Source of the DNA: Mycobacterium sp. TY814
GTDB lineage: Bacteria > Actinomycetota > Actinomycetes > Mycobacteriales > Mycobacteriaceae
Length of the DNA stretch: 32,000 nucleotides
NCBI RefSeq assembly: GCF_030755175.1
Contig: NZ_JAUFRY010000002.1
Span: 493,188 to 525,187, forward strand
Direction: 5' to 3'
The notes below the pieces were generated by a model. That model was not told the origin of the DNA. It made no database searches and saw nothing but the letters and a program-made list of their open reading frames with translations. The position numbers and the translations under genes were made by a program. Below are positions 20,101-28,652 of the stretch, piece after piece. Position 1 is the first letter of the stretch. Each line of letters starts with the position of its first letter.

Positions 20101-22550
20101 ATGGGCGACGTCATGAAATCGAGCGGCACCGTCATTGCATCGATACCCTGATTGACGACGAAGGCGAAGACGTTTCCTTCGAGTTGTCCGCCTATGACCG
20201 GTATGCCCCGGAGAGTGAACGGTATCGAACCGATGTTGACATTGATGCCGATTGGCTCGCTGGTAAGGGTTCCGGTGGTGCCGAACGGCGGAATGACAAT
20301 GGGCTCTTGCGTGACGAATCCATAGTTCGTGATGCCGTTCAAGCCCAGGCCGATGGCGGGGGTGGGAATAGTGGGTAAGCCGAGGTTCAGGTTGATGTTG
20401 CCGGTTCCCCCCGCACGGATCGCCTGAATGAGCGGCGCCGCCGGAATATGGATGGGACCGATGCTCCCGGTGGTGGGCACCGGGGTCGGCGAGAGCACCG
20501 TGGCGTTGATTCTGAACGGGAATTGATCGATGCGGAAGCCGTCCGGAAAAACGGTGAACGGATCGGAGCCGACGGAGAAATTGGTGAGGCTGACCGAGTT
20601 TTCCGGGAATGTGAGGCCACCCGGGAACAACGTCATGGGATTGATGCCGCCGTTGAGGCCCAGAGTGACGATGTTCTGTGCGGGAATGCTGATGTCGGGC
20701 AATGCCAGTGGGGTGGTCGCCAGATCGAGAGTCTGCGGACCGTAGAAAAGGGCGTCGACCGCGACGTTGATGTTTCTCAGAACGAGAGAAGGCAGGCCGC
20801 TGCCCAGACTCATGCTGGCGATGTCGATGCGTGCGTTCGGGCCGCTGATCGGGCCGAGCTGGAGCTGCCCGGTGAGATTGAGCGGGTCGAGAAGGTTGAC
20901 CGAGGAAATGGTGTTCTGGGCCAGGGCCACGGTGCCCGTCGCGTGCAGCGGTATCTGCGGAATGGCGATCTCGGGAACGGTGAAGCTGCCGATGCTGACG
21001 GTCGCGTTGGTGATCGCGGCGTGCGCCTGCGGTATGGCGATGGGTGCGACGTGGACGGGCCCCACGATGCCATTGGCCGTGATCGTGAGGGGAATCGACG
21101 GAAGTGGGAACAGGGGCACCACGCGATCGGCGCGGACGACGGTATCCACTGACGCCGGGATCGCGTCGATGGTGATCCTCGGCGTGCTGAAGCCGTCGAT
21201 CTGGCCGGCCGTGCTGATCGTCAGCGGAATGGCGTGCTCGGGCAGGGAGAATCCGGGGATGGTGAAGGCCCCGGTGCCGGCCTTGATGCCGACATCGAAG
21301 TGCAGCGGGGCGTCGGGGATGCTCAAACCGCCCGGGAACAGCGTGAGCGCAGGGGTCGTGTAGCTCAGCTGCGCGGCGATGGGATTGACGCCGGGGTTGA
21401 TGAAGACGCCCTGGCTCAGGAAGAGGGGCCCCGCCCACAGTCCGGACGTCTGAATGCCGCCCGGCACCAGATTGAATCCGGGAATGGTGATGATCTGAGT
21501 GGGGAACTCGATGGCCGGCACCAGGGTGATGGGCGACACCGTCAAGGGGCCGATGTCGATCGGAATGCTGAAGTCCACCAACGGGATTGCCGGGACGTGG
21601 ATGGGTGGAACGGTCAGCGGCCCCAGCAAGAAGGTCTGGTGGAAGTTCAGTGGGATGGTCGGAAGGATCTGAATCGGTTCGATGGTGATCGGGCCGACGG
21701 CTCCGGCGACGTTCAGTTCCAGGGGAAGGGTGATCGGGAAGATGTCGAAGCTGGGGCCGGTGGCGCTCAAGAATCCGGTGAGTGGATTGCCCGCATTCAG
21801 CAGGCCGAGCAGACCGAGGTCAGCCGCAGCCGCTCCCGCGGCGCCGGAGACGAGAGTCCGTGCGATACCGGCGCTGACGAATCCCGTGCCCGGCTGGCCC
21901 AGAATCCCGGGAAGGCCGCCCGGGACGGGCCCCGTACTCGAGACCGGCGCACCGGGGCCGCCGGCGATTCCCTGCGCCGTCGCGGCCACCGAGTCGGCGG
22001 CGGTCATCAGGCCGGAGATCCCGCCGAGCAACTGGGCCGGTCGGGTGAAGGACTGCAACCCCGACACCAGCGACGACGCGTCCAGGTGGTATCCGGCCAT
22101 GGCGGCCACGTCCTGCGCCCACATCGCCTCGTAATCGAATTCGGTGGCGGCGAGCGCGGGCATGTTCTGGCCGAACAGGTTGGACAGCGCGAGTGACACG
22201 AACTGCGACCGGTTCGCCGCAACGACCGCCGGGTGCACCGTGGCCGCCAACGCTGCCTCGAAGGCACTCACCACCGCACGCGCCTGCACTGCCGACGAGT
22301 CGGCCGCGGCCGCGGCCGCGGCCAGCCATCCCGCGTACGGCGACGCGGCCGCCGCCATCGCTGCCGCCGAGGGTCCTTGCCAGGACCCGGCAATCAACCC
22401 TGACGTGACCGAGTTGAACGATTCCGCGGCCGAGCCCAGTTCGGCGGATAGTCCCTCCCAGGCAGCGGCGGCCGTCAGCAAAGGTCCGGAACCCGCACCG
22501 CCGTGCATCAGCGCCGAGTTGACCTCCGGCGGAAGAACGAAAAAGCTCAA
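17193..22550 (-). CDS. PPE family protein, MPTR subfamily, ~1785 aa
   Basis: PPE N-terminus [24 protein letters not shown], WxG motif [21 protein letters not shown]. Start is TTG 22550 (GAGGTGGGG 3 nt upstream) or GTG 22559. Central NxGxGNxG block and long Pro/Ile-rich C-terminal repeats. Confidence 0.9.
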   Translation of the reverse strand: MSFFVLPPEVNSALMHGGAGSGPLLTAAAAWEGLSAELGSAAESFNSVTSGLIAGSWQGPSAAAMAAAASPYAGWLAAAAAAADSSAVQARAVVSAFEAALAATVHPAVVAANRSQFVSLALSNLFGQNMPALAATEFDYEAMWAQDVAAMAGYHLDASSLVSGLQSFTRPAQLLGGISGLMTAADSVAATAQGIAGGPGAPVSSTGPVPGGLPGILGQPGTGFVSAGIARTLVSGAAGAAAADLGLLGLLNAGNPLTGFLSATGPSFDIFPITLPLELNVAGAVGPITIEPIQILPTIPLNFHQTFLLGPLTVPPIHVPAIPLVDFSIPIDIGPLTVSPITLVPAIEFPTQIITIPGFNLVPGGIQTSGLWAGPLFLSQGVFINPGVNPIAAQLSYTTPALTLFPGGLSIPDAPLHFDVGIKAGTGAFTIPGFSLPEHAIPLTISTAGQIDGFSTPRITIDAIPASVDTVVRADRVVPLFPLPSIPLTITANGIVGPVHVAPIAIPQAHAAITNATVSIGSFTVPEIAIPQIPLHATGTVALAQNTISSVNLLDPLNLTGQLQLGPISGPNARIDIASMSLGSGLPSLVLRNINVAVDALFYGPQTLDLATTPLALPDISIPAQNIVTLGLNGGINPMTLFPGGLTFPENSVSLTNFSVGSDPFTVFPDGFRIDQFPFRINATVLSPTPVPTTGSIGPIHIPAAPLIQAIRAGGTGNINLNLGLPTIPTPAIGLGLNGITNYGFVTQEPIVIPPFGTTGTLTSEPIGINVNIGSIPFTLRGIPVIGGQLEGNVFAFVVNQGIDAMTVPLDFMTSPIAIPPLSLGGSIPIDIPLDIVSAATIPGIGYTQSIPLDFATEIPQFTIPETLIPAIPIGSNLALPGSIGPQLGDVLTSGTTWLQQQLMNAGLGNAGVYNFGSGNLGSLNLGNGNIGSYNLGGGNIGDANIGWGNGALGALVGKNVGLGNAGSGNFGFGNAGSGNIGFGNTGTGNVGIGLVGDNQNGFGGWNSGTGNIGLFNSGTNNVGFFNSGSNNVGIGNSGLGSTGLFNAGNFSSGLGNAGERNLGFFNAGNANLGAFNPGNVNSGLFNSGDGNVGLANSGDFNDGILISGDHSIGALFTGDYQNVADPSLGITLLDINQNLGPVHIDPIHVPGVPININETIYINPFTVPQIDVPAIPVEIHQGVALPAITLFEGLNMPAQQIVIPLNIPASTASTLQLPAIGFNAQYKPDNLPPWSFGQFAISQQLNTLGPTAGILVQNGATDARTGSITLNLPDINIPRIATSPIPLTIDTHGGIPAFTLFPGGLSIPQNPIPVTYTLTGGLQPFTIFPDGYTIDPIPLHVHLDATLLNPIDGIPPSLNLVDFQFSGGLGPVKIPDLPIPTIPLGLNFGLSHGAFTIPPIELPNIPIDITGDIGLGPIGIPSQTIPAIFNDPLATIHFDAFKTAATKISPFVIWTSGNAPWDPVPAPTGAYISIGSGPLTDLLFVNPLVLGSATQDPYSIIFSGGTHAFNTPAVMIDKIPFGFRLPGGVDGATLFPNGLTFPANNLVDLNLSAGPKGFTIPARTIPAIQASLDAIVKLATPDNLLPPYKLLYVTANGGIGPAVLPSFHIPSIPLGFDLGGGIGPITIPSFSTPPLHLGLDPSATAGPVSVQPISIPQLAADAFLHFDEIKTGLATTTGAIYFSGGLVPQINLGGSSTSTTPAWEIPWFTVATPPGGIPGFSIPVDPIEVGLPLSVTIPSLTFPGLTIPRIPLGQGLSGALPAFDLPSITIDRIPISFAGPLTLF
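19242..19838 (-). repeat. MPTR Asn-Gly pentapeptide block (NxGxGNxG)
   Basis: About 200 aa of [38 protein letters not shown]...[13 protein letters not shown]. The DNA shows near-identical units, e.g. gttgcccgacccggcgttgccga at 19611-19633 and 19641-19663. Confidence 0.85.
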
Positions 22551-22659
22551 CTGCCCCACCTCTGCTGAAACATCGCGGAATCCCCGTTCGATTGAGGAGG
22601 TGAGCTTATATCTCGGCGGGCGCCGGCATTGCGCTATTCGAAAAAGCCACTACGCGAAA

Positions 22660-22714
22660 TGTGCGGACACCACAAAGGGTGTGCACATTGCCCAAACTGA
22701 TTGTGCACATTGCC
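22660..22714 (-). promoter_or_regulatory. Paired TGTGCACA palindromes (candidate operator) upstream of the PPE gene
   Basis: 13-nt direct repeat tgtgcacattgcc at 22680-22692 and 22702-22714 (22-bp period). Each contains the 8-bp perfect palindrome TGTGCACA. A degenerate third copy TGTGCGGACA lies at 22660-22669. A TAAGCT -10-like hexamer on the - strand lies at 22603-22608. Confidence 0.35.
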
Positions 22715-22839
22715 TAGCAGAGCCAAAACGGGTGGTCGATCCTCCGAAGTAATGGTAGGCGCTCAGCGGGCGGCAACCGTTGATGTGCGCGGGATATGCG
22801 CGCTTAGTGCATTCTCACTGGAAAGCGACTCGCGCGAAT

Positions 22840-25746
22840 TCAGCGGGAGACCGCTTTCGCCGGAATGAATACATTATCGCTGCCGCGCGGATGTACCACT
22901 TGCGGCCACCAGAACCACCGCCCCAGCAAAGTCGCGATGGACGGCATCAACAGCGTGCGCACGATCAACGTGTCGAGCAGCAGGCCGATACACACCGTTG
23001 ATCCGAACTGACCGAGCACCCGCAGGTCGCTACCGAGCATCGACGCCATGGTGAACGCGAACACCAGGCCGGCGGCGGTCACCACGCCGCCGGTGCCGGC
23101 CATCGACCGGATGATGCCCGTCTTGAGCCCGGCATGAATTTCTTCTTTGAACCGGGAGACCAGTAGCAGGTTGTAGTCCGAACCGACGGCCAACAGGATG
23201 ATCACCGACAGCGCCATCACGATCCAGTGGATCTTGATACCGAACAGGTCCTGCCAGATCAGCACCGACAGCCCGAATGACGCGGCGATGGAGCTCGCCG
23301 CCGTACCGACGATCACCAGTGCGGCCACCACGCTGCGGGTCAGCAGCAGCATGATCATGAAGATCAGGGTCAGCGCTGAGACCACCGCGATCATCAGGTC
23401 GTACTTGGCGCCGTCATGCATGTCCTTGAACGTCGCGGCGGTACCGCCCAGATACACCTTCGCGTCGGACAGCGAGGATTGCTTGAGACCCTCCTGCGCC
23501 GCGGTCCGTTCCGAATCGACGCGCGAAATCCCTTCCGGCGTCATCGGATCGCCCTGGTGGGTGATGAAGAATCGCGCAGACTTGCCGTCCGGCGACAGGA
23601 ACATCCGCAGACCGGTCTGGAAGTCCGGGTTGTCGAACGCCTCGGGCGGCAGGTAGAAGAAGTCGTCGTTCTTGGAGGCGTCGAAACTCTGGCCCATCAC
23701 CACGGCGGTGTCGCTGAGCGCCTTCATCTGATCCAGCATTGCCGAGAAAGTCGCTTGCATGGTCAGCGTCAGCGCTTTGGTCGTCTTCATCGTGGTGATC
23801 ATCGGCGGGATCAGCACCAGCATCGAGTGCGTGGCATCCGCCGTGCGCTGGATGTCTTTGGTCAGCAGGTCGAACTGCCCTGCCAATTGATCGAATCCGT
23901 CCAGCGACTCGAACAGGGACCGCAAAGACCAGCAGATGGGAATGTCGAAGCAGTGCTTCTCCCAATAGAAGTAGCTGCGGATCGGGCGCCAGAAATCGTC
24001 GAAGTCGGCGATGTGGTCACGCAGGCGGTTGGTGATCTCGGCGGTTTCGGCGGTGGTTTTGGCGCTGTCGTCGGCGGCGTTGGACAGTTCCGACGTCACC
24101 TTGTACATGCGCTCCATGGTCTCGATCATGAACTGCATCTCGTCGGCCATCTTGGTGATGTCCTTCATGCGGTCCTGCAGGAAGGCCATGTTCTGCATCG
24201 TCGTCTGGCTCTGCATGCTGTTCTGAAAAGGTATGGAGCTGTGCTGAATCGGGATACCCAGCGGTCTGGTGATGTCCTGCACCATGGCAATACCGATGGT
24301 GCGCATCACGTTCTTGGCCACCCGGTCCAGCACCAGCATGTCGGCCGGGTTGCGCATGTCGTGGTCGGCCTCGACCATCAGCATGTCCGGATCCATCCGC
24401 GCCTGCGAGAAGTGCCGGTCGGCGGCCTGCTGGCCGAGGTTGGACGGGGCCGACGCGGGCAGGTAGTAGCGGTCGTTGTAGCTCGTCACGTAGCTGGGCA
24501 GGGCCACCATCCCGATCAGGACGATCGCGGAGCTGACAGCGAGAATCGGTGCGGGCCAACGCACCACCGCGGTGCCGACCCGCCGCCACATGCGCCCTTG
24601 GCGCGCAGTGCTCTTGGATTCGAAGAGGTGGAACTTGCTTCCGGCGAAGACCACCGCCGGCCCGAGCGTCACGCCGGCCAGCACGACCACCAGCATGCCG
24701 ATCGCCACCGGTGCACCCATGGTGTTGAACCAGGGCAGCCGGGTGAAACTCAGGCAGTACGTCGCACCGGCGATGGTCAGGCCCGAGCCCAGCACGACGG
24801 GAGCAACCCCGCGAAAGGTGGTGTAGTACGCGGTTTCTCGATCCTCGCCGGCACGCAGCGCTTCCTGATAGCGCCCGATCAGGAAGATGCCGTAGTCGGT
24901 GCCCGCTGCGATCGCCAGCATGGTCAGAATGTTGGCGGCGAAGGTGGTCAGTCCGAAGACGTTGTGGTAGCCCAGAACTGCCACGATTCCCCGTGACGAG
25001 GCGAGCGCGACGAAGGTCATGAACAACTGGACCAGGGTGGTGACGATCGATCGGTAGACCAGTAGCAGCATGATCGCGATCGCGCCCAGGGTGAACAGAG
25101 TGATGGTGGCCAGGCTGGCGTTGCCGATGATGTGCATGTCGTCGGACAACGCCGCGGGACCGGTCACATAGGACTTCACCCCGGGCGGTGGCGGATTGTG
25201 CTCCAACACCTTTCGGACCGCGTCGACGGAATCGTTGGCCAGCGTGGTGCCCTGGTTACCCGCGAGGTTGAGCATCACGTAGGCACCTTTGGCGTCGGCG
25301 CTCTGGGCACCCGCGGCGGTGAGCCGGTCACCCCAGAAGTCCTGGATGTGCTGGATGTGCTCGTGATCCTGGCGCAGTTGGCGGATGATGCCGTCGTAGT
25401 AGCGGTGAGCGTCGTCGCCCAGCGGCTGCTTGCTCTCCAGCACGATCATGACCGTGCTGTTGGAGTCGAACTCCTTGAAGTTGTGGCCGAGTCGCATCAT
25501 CGCCACCATCGACGGGGCGTCGACGGGGGTCATCGGTGCGGAGTGTTGTTCGCTGACCTTTTCCAGCGTCGGAACGATGACGTTGACCAGAACCGTCAGC
25601 ACCACCCAGGCGATGATGATCGGCACCGCGAAGATGCGGATGGTGTGGGGGATGAGGGGCCGGTGACCGCGCTCGGTGGTTGCGGCGGGCTCGACCGTGA
25701 TCGGTGTGGTGTCGTCGGTGGCCGTCCTGTGGTTGAGGTCGCTCAT
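22840..25746 (-). CDS. mmpL: MmpL family RND-type lipid transporter (MmpS-associated)
   Basis: 968 aa from ATG 25746 (MSDLNHRT...), overlapping the mmpS stop (ATGA). Conserved TM Asp-Tyr motifs AAGTDYGIFLIGRY and AVGSDYNLLLVSRF. Two large extracytoplasmic loops, the second with a long helical insert. The track ORF extension to 26148 overlaps mmpS out of frame. Confidence 0.9.
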   Translation of the reverse strand: MSDLNHRTATDDTTPITVEPAATTERGHRPLIPHTIRIFAVPIIIAWVVLTVLVNVIVPTLEKVSEQHSAPMTPVDAPSMVAMMRLGHNFKEFDSNSTVMIVLESKQPLGDDAHRYYDGIIRQLRQDHEHIQHIQDFWGDRLTAAGAQSADAKGAYVMLNLAGNQGTTLANDSVDAVRKVLEHNPPPPGVKSYVTGPAALSDDMHIIGNASLATITLFTLGAIAIMLLLVYRSIVTTLVQLFMTFVALASSRGIVAVLGYHNVFGLTTFAANILTMLAIAAGTDYGIFLIGRYQEALRAGEDRETAYYTTFRGVAPVVLGSGLTIAGATYCLSFTRLPWFNTMGAPVAIGMLVVVLAGVTLGPAVVFAGSKFHLFESKSTARQGRMWRRVGTAVVRWPAPILAVSSAIVLIGMVALPSYVTSYNDRYYLPASAPSNLGQQAADRHFSQARMDPDMLMVEADHDMRNPADMLVLDRVAKNVMRTIGIAMVQDITRPLGIPIQHSSIPFQNSMQSQTTMQNMAFLQDRMKDITKMADEMQFMIETMERMYKVTSELSNAADDSAKTTAETAEITNRLRDHIADFDDFWRPIRSYFYWEKHCFDIPICWSLRSLFESLDGFDQLAGQFDLLTKDIQRTADATHSMLVLIPPMITTMKTTKALTLTMQATFSAMLDQMKALSDTAVVMGQSFDASKNDDFFYLPPEAFDNPDFQTGLRMFLSPDGKSARFFITHQGDPMTPEGISRVDSERTAAQEGLKQSSLSDAKVYLGGTAATFKDMHDGAKYDLMIAVVSALTLIFMIMLLLTRSVVAALVIVGTAASSIAASFGLSVLIWQDLFGIKIHWIVMALSVIILLAVGSDYNLLLVSRFKEEIHAGLKTGIIRSMAGTGGVVTAAGLVFAFTMASMLGSDLRVLGQFGSTVCIGLLLDTLIVRTLLMPSIATLLGRWFWWPQVVHPRGSDNVFIPAKAVSR

Positions 25747-26198
25747 GCCGACTTCACCAGGCAGAAGGTCTGGGGATTGACGCCGTCGGACTGTTTCTCT
25801 TCCTTGACCACGTTGTCGACCGTGATCCGGCAGCCGATCTGGCTGCCGTCGCTCTGCGCCACGATGTTGGCGCTGACCGAGGGCAGTGTCGTCGAGATCG
25901 TGAACGTCCACGGCAGCGGCGCCGCGTTGACCTGGTGAGTGTTCGCGTCGGCATCCCAGTAGTTGATGTTCGCGGTGGCCCCGGCCGGCCCGAAGATGTC
26001 GTACTTCACGACCTTGGGGTTGAACTGGACGATCTCGATGCCCGCACCGGCGTTGGCGTTGAGGTCCTGGGATCCGAAGATCTTGTGCAGCCGCGACACG
26101 ACGAGTCCGGAGACGGCCAGCACCACAATCAGAACCAGCGGTATCCATGCCTTGCGGAAAAAGCGGGTAGTGGGACCCGCGATCGCACCAGCCTTCAT
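25743..26198 (-). CDS. mmpS: MmpS family membrane protein
   Basis: 151 aa from ATG 26198 (GTG 26204 is an alternative). Single N-terminal TM (WIPLVLIVVLAVSGLVV) plus a ~100-aa soluble domain. Immediately precedes and overlaps mmpL. Confidence 0.85.
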   Translation of the reverse strand: MKAGAIAGPTTRFFRKAWIPLVLIVVLAVSGLVVSRLHKIFGSQDLNANAGAGIEIVQFNPKVVKYDIFGPAGATANINYWDADANTHQVNAAPLPWTFTISTTLPSVSANIVAQSDGSQIGCRITVDNVVKEEKQSDGVNPQTFCLVKSA

Positions 26199-26293
26199 CG
26201 CCACCGCCTTTTACGAGTCTCCGGCCACCTGAAGGGTTGTAACGCGCCGTGGGACAGCTTGCTTCCCCCGGCGCCCCGCCAGAATATTTGCTC

Positions 26294-26310
26294 GGCTAAG
26301 TATGTTAGCC
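26294..26310. promoter_or_regulatory. Inverted repeat GGCTAA-N5-TTAGCC in an AT-rich patch upstream of mmpS
   Basis: ggctaaGTATGttagcc at 26294-26310 lies inside the locally AT-rich agaatatttgctcggctaagtatgttagcccttagtgg. An overlapping CTAAG-N10-CTTAG lies at 26296-26315. - strand TANNNT candidates are TAACAT and TATTCT. The element is ~90-110 nt upstream of the mmpS start. Confidence 0.3.
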
Positions 26311-26363
26311 CTTAGTGGACGGCAGCGTTCCGTCAGGGGCCGGTACTGTGCCGCAGGACACAG

Positions 26364-27422
26364 TCAGTGCGCGACCCGGCCGGTGACCGGCGGCAGGTCG
26401 GCGAGCGTCACGATGCCCGGCCTGGCGGCCACCACGGCAGGCACGGCGTTGGTCACCGGCATCGCGGTGTAGATCATGCCCAGGCCCATGAATCCGGGTT
26501 CGGTCCAATCCTTCGGCGGCAGGCAGTGCAGCACCGTGCGCATGTTGGGCAGGCCGAACACCTGAATCACGTGTCCGTGCTCGAGCGGCTTGGGTGGCAC
26601 GACGTGATCGCCCATCGTCCAGTTGAATCCGACGCTGACGACGTTGCGGTCGCCTTCCCAGGCGCGGTGATATCCGTAGACGCCACCGACAGTGCCGGCG
26701 GGGATGGTCATGAACCCCAAATCTGTGTCGCCGGTCGCGGCGGTGAAGGTGACGTCGAAGGTCATCCGGTCCACCCGCGCGCCGATGGCATCGGCCATCA
26801 TCGCGGCCGACTCGGCGAACACCTCGCTTTCCCGTCGCACGCTCTCGGCCAGGCCGGGTGTGGCGGGGTCTTGGGAGAAGCCCATCGCGGTCTGGGTTCC
26901 CGCCGACTCATAGGTCGAGCAGTCGACCGACTCGGTGATACGGATCTCGTCGACACGCTCGCAGGACGCCGAGAGCACCATGCCGACCATGTTCGTCATC
27001 CCCGGGTGCGCGCCGCTGCCGAAGATGCTCGAGTCGCCCCGTTCGCACGCCGCGAGGATGCGCTCGCGGTCCTGCGTAGTCTGCTTGCCGCCGGTGATCC
27101 ACGCCGCGCTGGTGCACACGTTGACGCCCGATTCCAGCAACCGCACCAGCTCATCGATGTTGGGCCACAACGGGTTATAGCAACACGCGTCGGCGCCCAG
27201 CGCGATCAGCGCGTCGATGTCATTGGTCGCCTGCACCCCGGTCGGCTCCGGCCAGCCGGCCAGCTCGGCGGCGTCCACGCCTACCTTGTCCGCCCCGTGC
27301 GCGTAGACCCCGACGAGTTCCATGTCCGGGCGCCCGATGATGGCGTGCAACGAGCGGCGCCCGATGTTTCCGGTGGTCCACTGGATCACCCGCAGGGGAC
27401 GGTCGGTGCTGGCTGTACTCAT
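26364..27422 (-). CDS. DapB-N-terminal-domain-like NAD(P)-binding oxidoreductase (amine-dehydrogenase-like family)
   Basis: 352 aa. ATG 27422 is preceded by AAGGAG (27427-27432 on the + strand). N-terminal Rossmann-type VIQWTTGNIGRRS..LVGVY. Length and layout fit the ~350-aa mycobacterial dihydrodipicolinate-reductase-like proteins. Family call from memory only. Confidence 0.65.
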   Translation of the reverse strand: MSTASTDRPLRVIQWTTGNIGRRSLHAIIGRPDMELVGVYAHGADKVGVDAAELAGWPEPTGVQATNDIDALIALGADACCYNPLWPNIDELVRLLESGVNVCTSAAWITGGKQTTQDRERILAACERGDSSIFGSGAHPGMTNMVGMVLSASCERVDEIRITESVDCSTYESAGTQTAMGFSQDPATPGLAESVRRESEVFAESAAMMADAIGARVDRMTFDVTFTAATGDTDLGFMTIPAGTVGGVYGYHRAWEGDRNVVSVGFNWTMGDHVVPPKPLEHGHVIQVFGLPNMRTVLHCLPPKDWTEPGFMGLGMIYTAMPVTNAVPAVVAARPGIVTLADLPPVTGRVAH

Positions 27423-27468
27423 CGGGCTCCTTCGCTGTGACGGCAGCCATTATTGCCGCACCCGTCTT

Positions 27469-28569
27469 TTACCGGGCACCCCGGTTCAGCACGGACATGG
27501 CGCCCGACAGGATCTGGGAGAGCGGGTCGGCCCCACCACCGAAGGTGGCCTGGGTGGCCGGCGCCGTGACGGCCGCCGGGTCGTAGCCGTTCACCGGGTC
27601 CACCTGGACCGGAGCGGTCAGTGGATCGTCGTTGCGCGTGTACCCGGCATTGACCATCGGCAGCAGCACCGCGTCGAGCTCGTTGAGCGTCTGCTCGGGC
27701 ACGCCCGCGTACTGGAACGGCAACACCAGCGGCAGATGCCGTTCCGGGATCAGATAGGTGGTCGTCGTCGCGCCCCGGGAGTTGACCGTCGTCCGGATGT
27801 TCTGCGGCGGCACCATGCTCGGGTTCGTGAACGCCACCGCGGTGTGGCCGGTCATGAGCCCCACGAGCGTGTTGGCCAGCGACATCCAGTTGTCCGGCCG
27901 GTCGGGGAAGTCGGCGATCGAGTCATAGGCGGAGATGAACATCTTGGTGTCGTACTGGCTTTCGACGGGCGGCGGTACCGGATAGTCGAGCGCGGGAACC
28001 ACACTGCCCACGGGGAACATGGCGGTCAGAAAGCTCTGGCCGAAGGCATGTCGCGCCACCGGGTCGCCGAAAGTGGCGAACGTCAGTTGATCGGGGGGCG
28101 GAGCGGTCGGATCGGTGGCGAGCCGGGCCTGCAGGGCGTTGAGTACGAGCGCACCCTCGGACAGGCCGATGGCCGTTCCCGGGCCGCCCTGGCGGATCGC
28201 CGCGTCCAGGTTGTCCGCCCCGGTGACGACCGATTCGCCGACACTCGGTCCGTCCGCGCCCAGGCCCGGAAACATCTCATCGAGCTGACCGATACCCGGA
28301 AAAAGTCGTCCCAGCACGTGCCCCTGTACCTGGCCGGCGGGGTAGTCGACGATCTGGCGCCGCAGCCCAGGAAACCACTCGGCACCTTCGCGCCGGATGT
28401 ACTCGTCGTACGGGATGCCCAATACGTGCGCGCCACCGAGTGCATACGCCGTCCCACCACCTGGTGGGGGATCGGCCGGCGTCTCGTCTGCGGTGGCCGC
28501 CGGGCCGCCGAAACACCCTGTGGCCGCGACGATTCCCAGCGCGGTAACCCCCGCGAGTAGCTTCTTCAT
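27469..28569 (-). CDS. PE-PPE-domain (PF08237-like) serine hydrolase/acyltransferase with lipoprotein signal (Chp-like)
   Basis: 366 aa from ATG 28569, preceded by AGGAG-TGGGG. Signal peptide [19 protein letters not shown] with lipobox Cys19. GxSxG nucleophile elbow GLSEG (28153-28167, Ser codon 28159-28161). Typical PE-PPE-domain C-terminal half ([18 protein letters not shown]). Confidence 0.8.
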   Translation of the reverse strand: MKKLLAGVTALGIVAATGCFGGPAATADETPADPPPGGGTAYALGGAHVLGIPYDEYIRREGAEWFPGLRRQIVDYPAGQVQGHVLGRLFPGIGQLDEMFPGLGADGPSVGESVVTGADNLDAAIRQGGPGTAIGLSEGALVLNALQARLATDPTAPPPDQLTFATFGDPVARHAFGQSFLTAMFPVGSVVPALDYPVPPPVESQYDTKMFISAYDSIADFPDRPDNWMSLANTLVGLMTGHTAVAFTNPSMVPPQNIRTTVNSRGATTTTYLIPERHLPLVLPFQYAGVPEQTLNELDAVLLPMVNAGYTRNDDPLTAPVQVDPVNGYDPAAVTAPATQATFGGGADPLSQILSGAMSVLNRGAR

Positions 28570-28652
28570 CCCCACTCCTGGCCTGATCGGGGCCTGATCG
28601 GCTCGGTTCCGCGAGTCTCGCACACCCGCACGCGGTCCCGCTAATTCGGTCG

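Noticed and set aside
17154-22752. Shadow ORFs overlapping the PPE gene (17154-18479 +, 18522-19694 +, 19342-21438 -, 21234-22196 +, 22144-22752 +, and others).
   Set aside because: They give Arg/Gly/Asp-rich or Pro-rich low-complexity translations with no recognisable domains. They are explained by high GC3 in the real PPE frame, which has clear PPE, WxG and MPTR signatures.
25747-26148. N-terminal 134-codon extension of the mmpL ORF in the track (1102 aa).
   Set aside because: The extension overlaps mmpS in another frame and is Arg/Gly-rich nonsense. ATG 25746 gives a normal MmpL N-terminus and the classical ATGA overlap with the mmpS stop.
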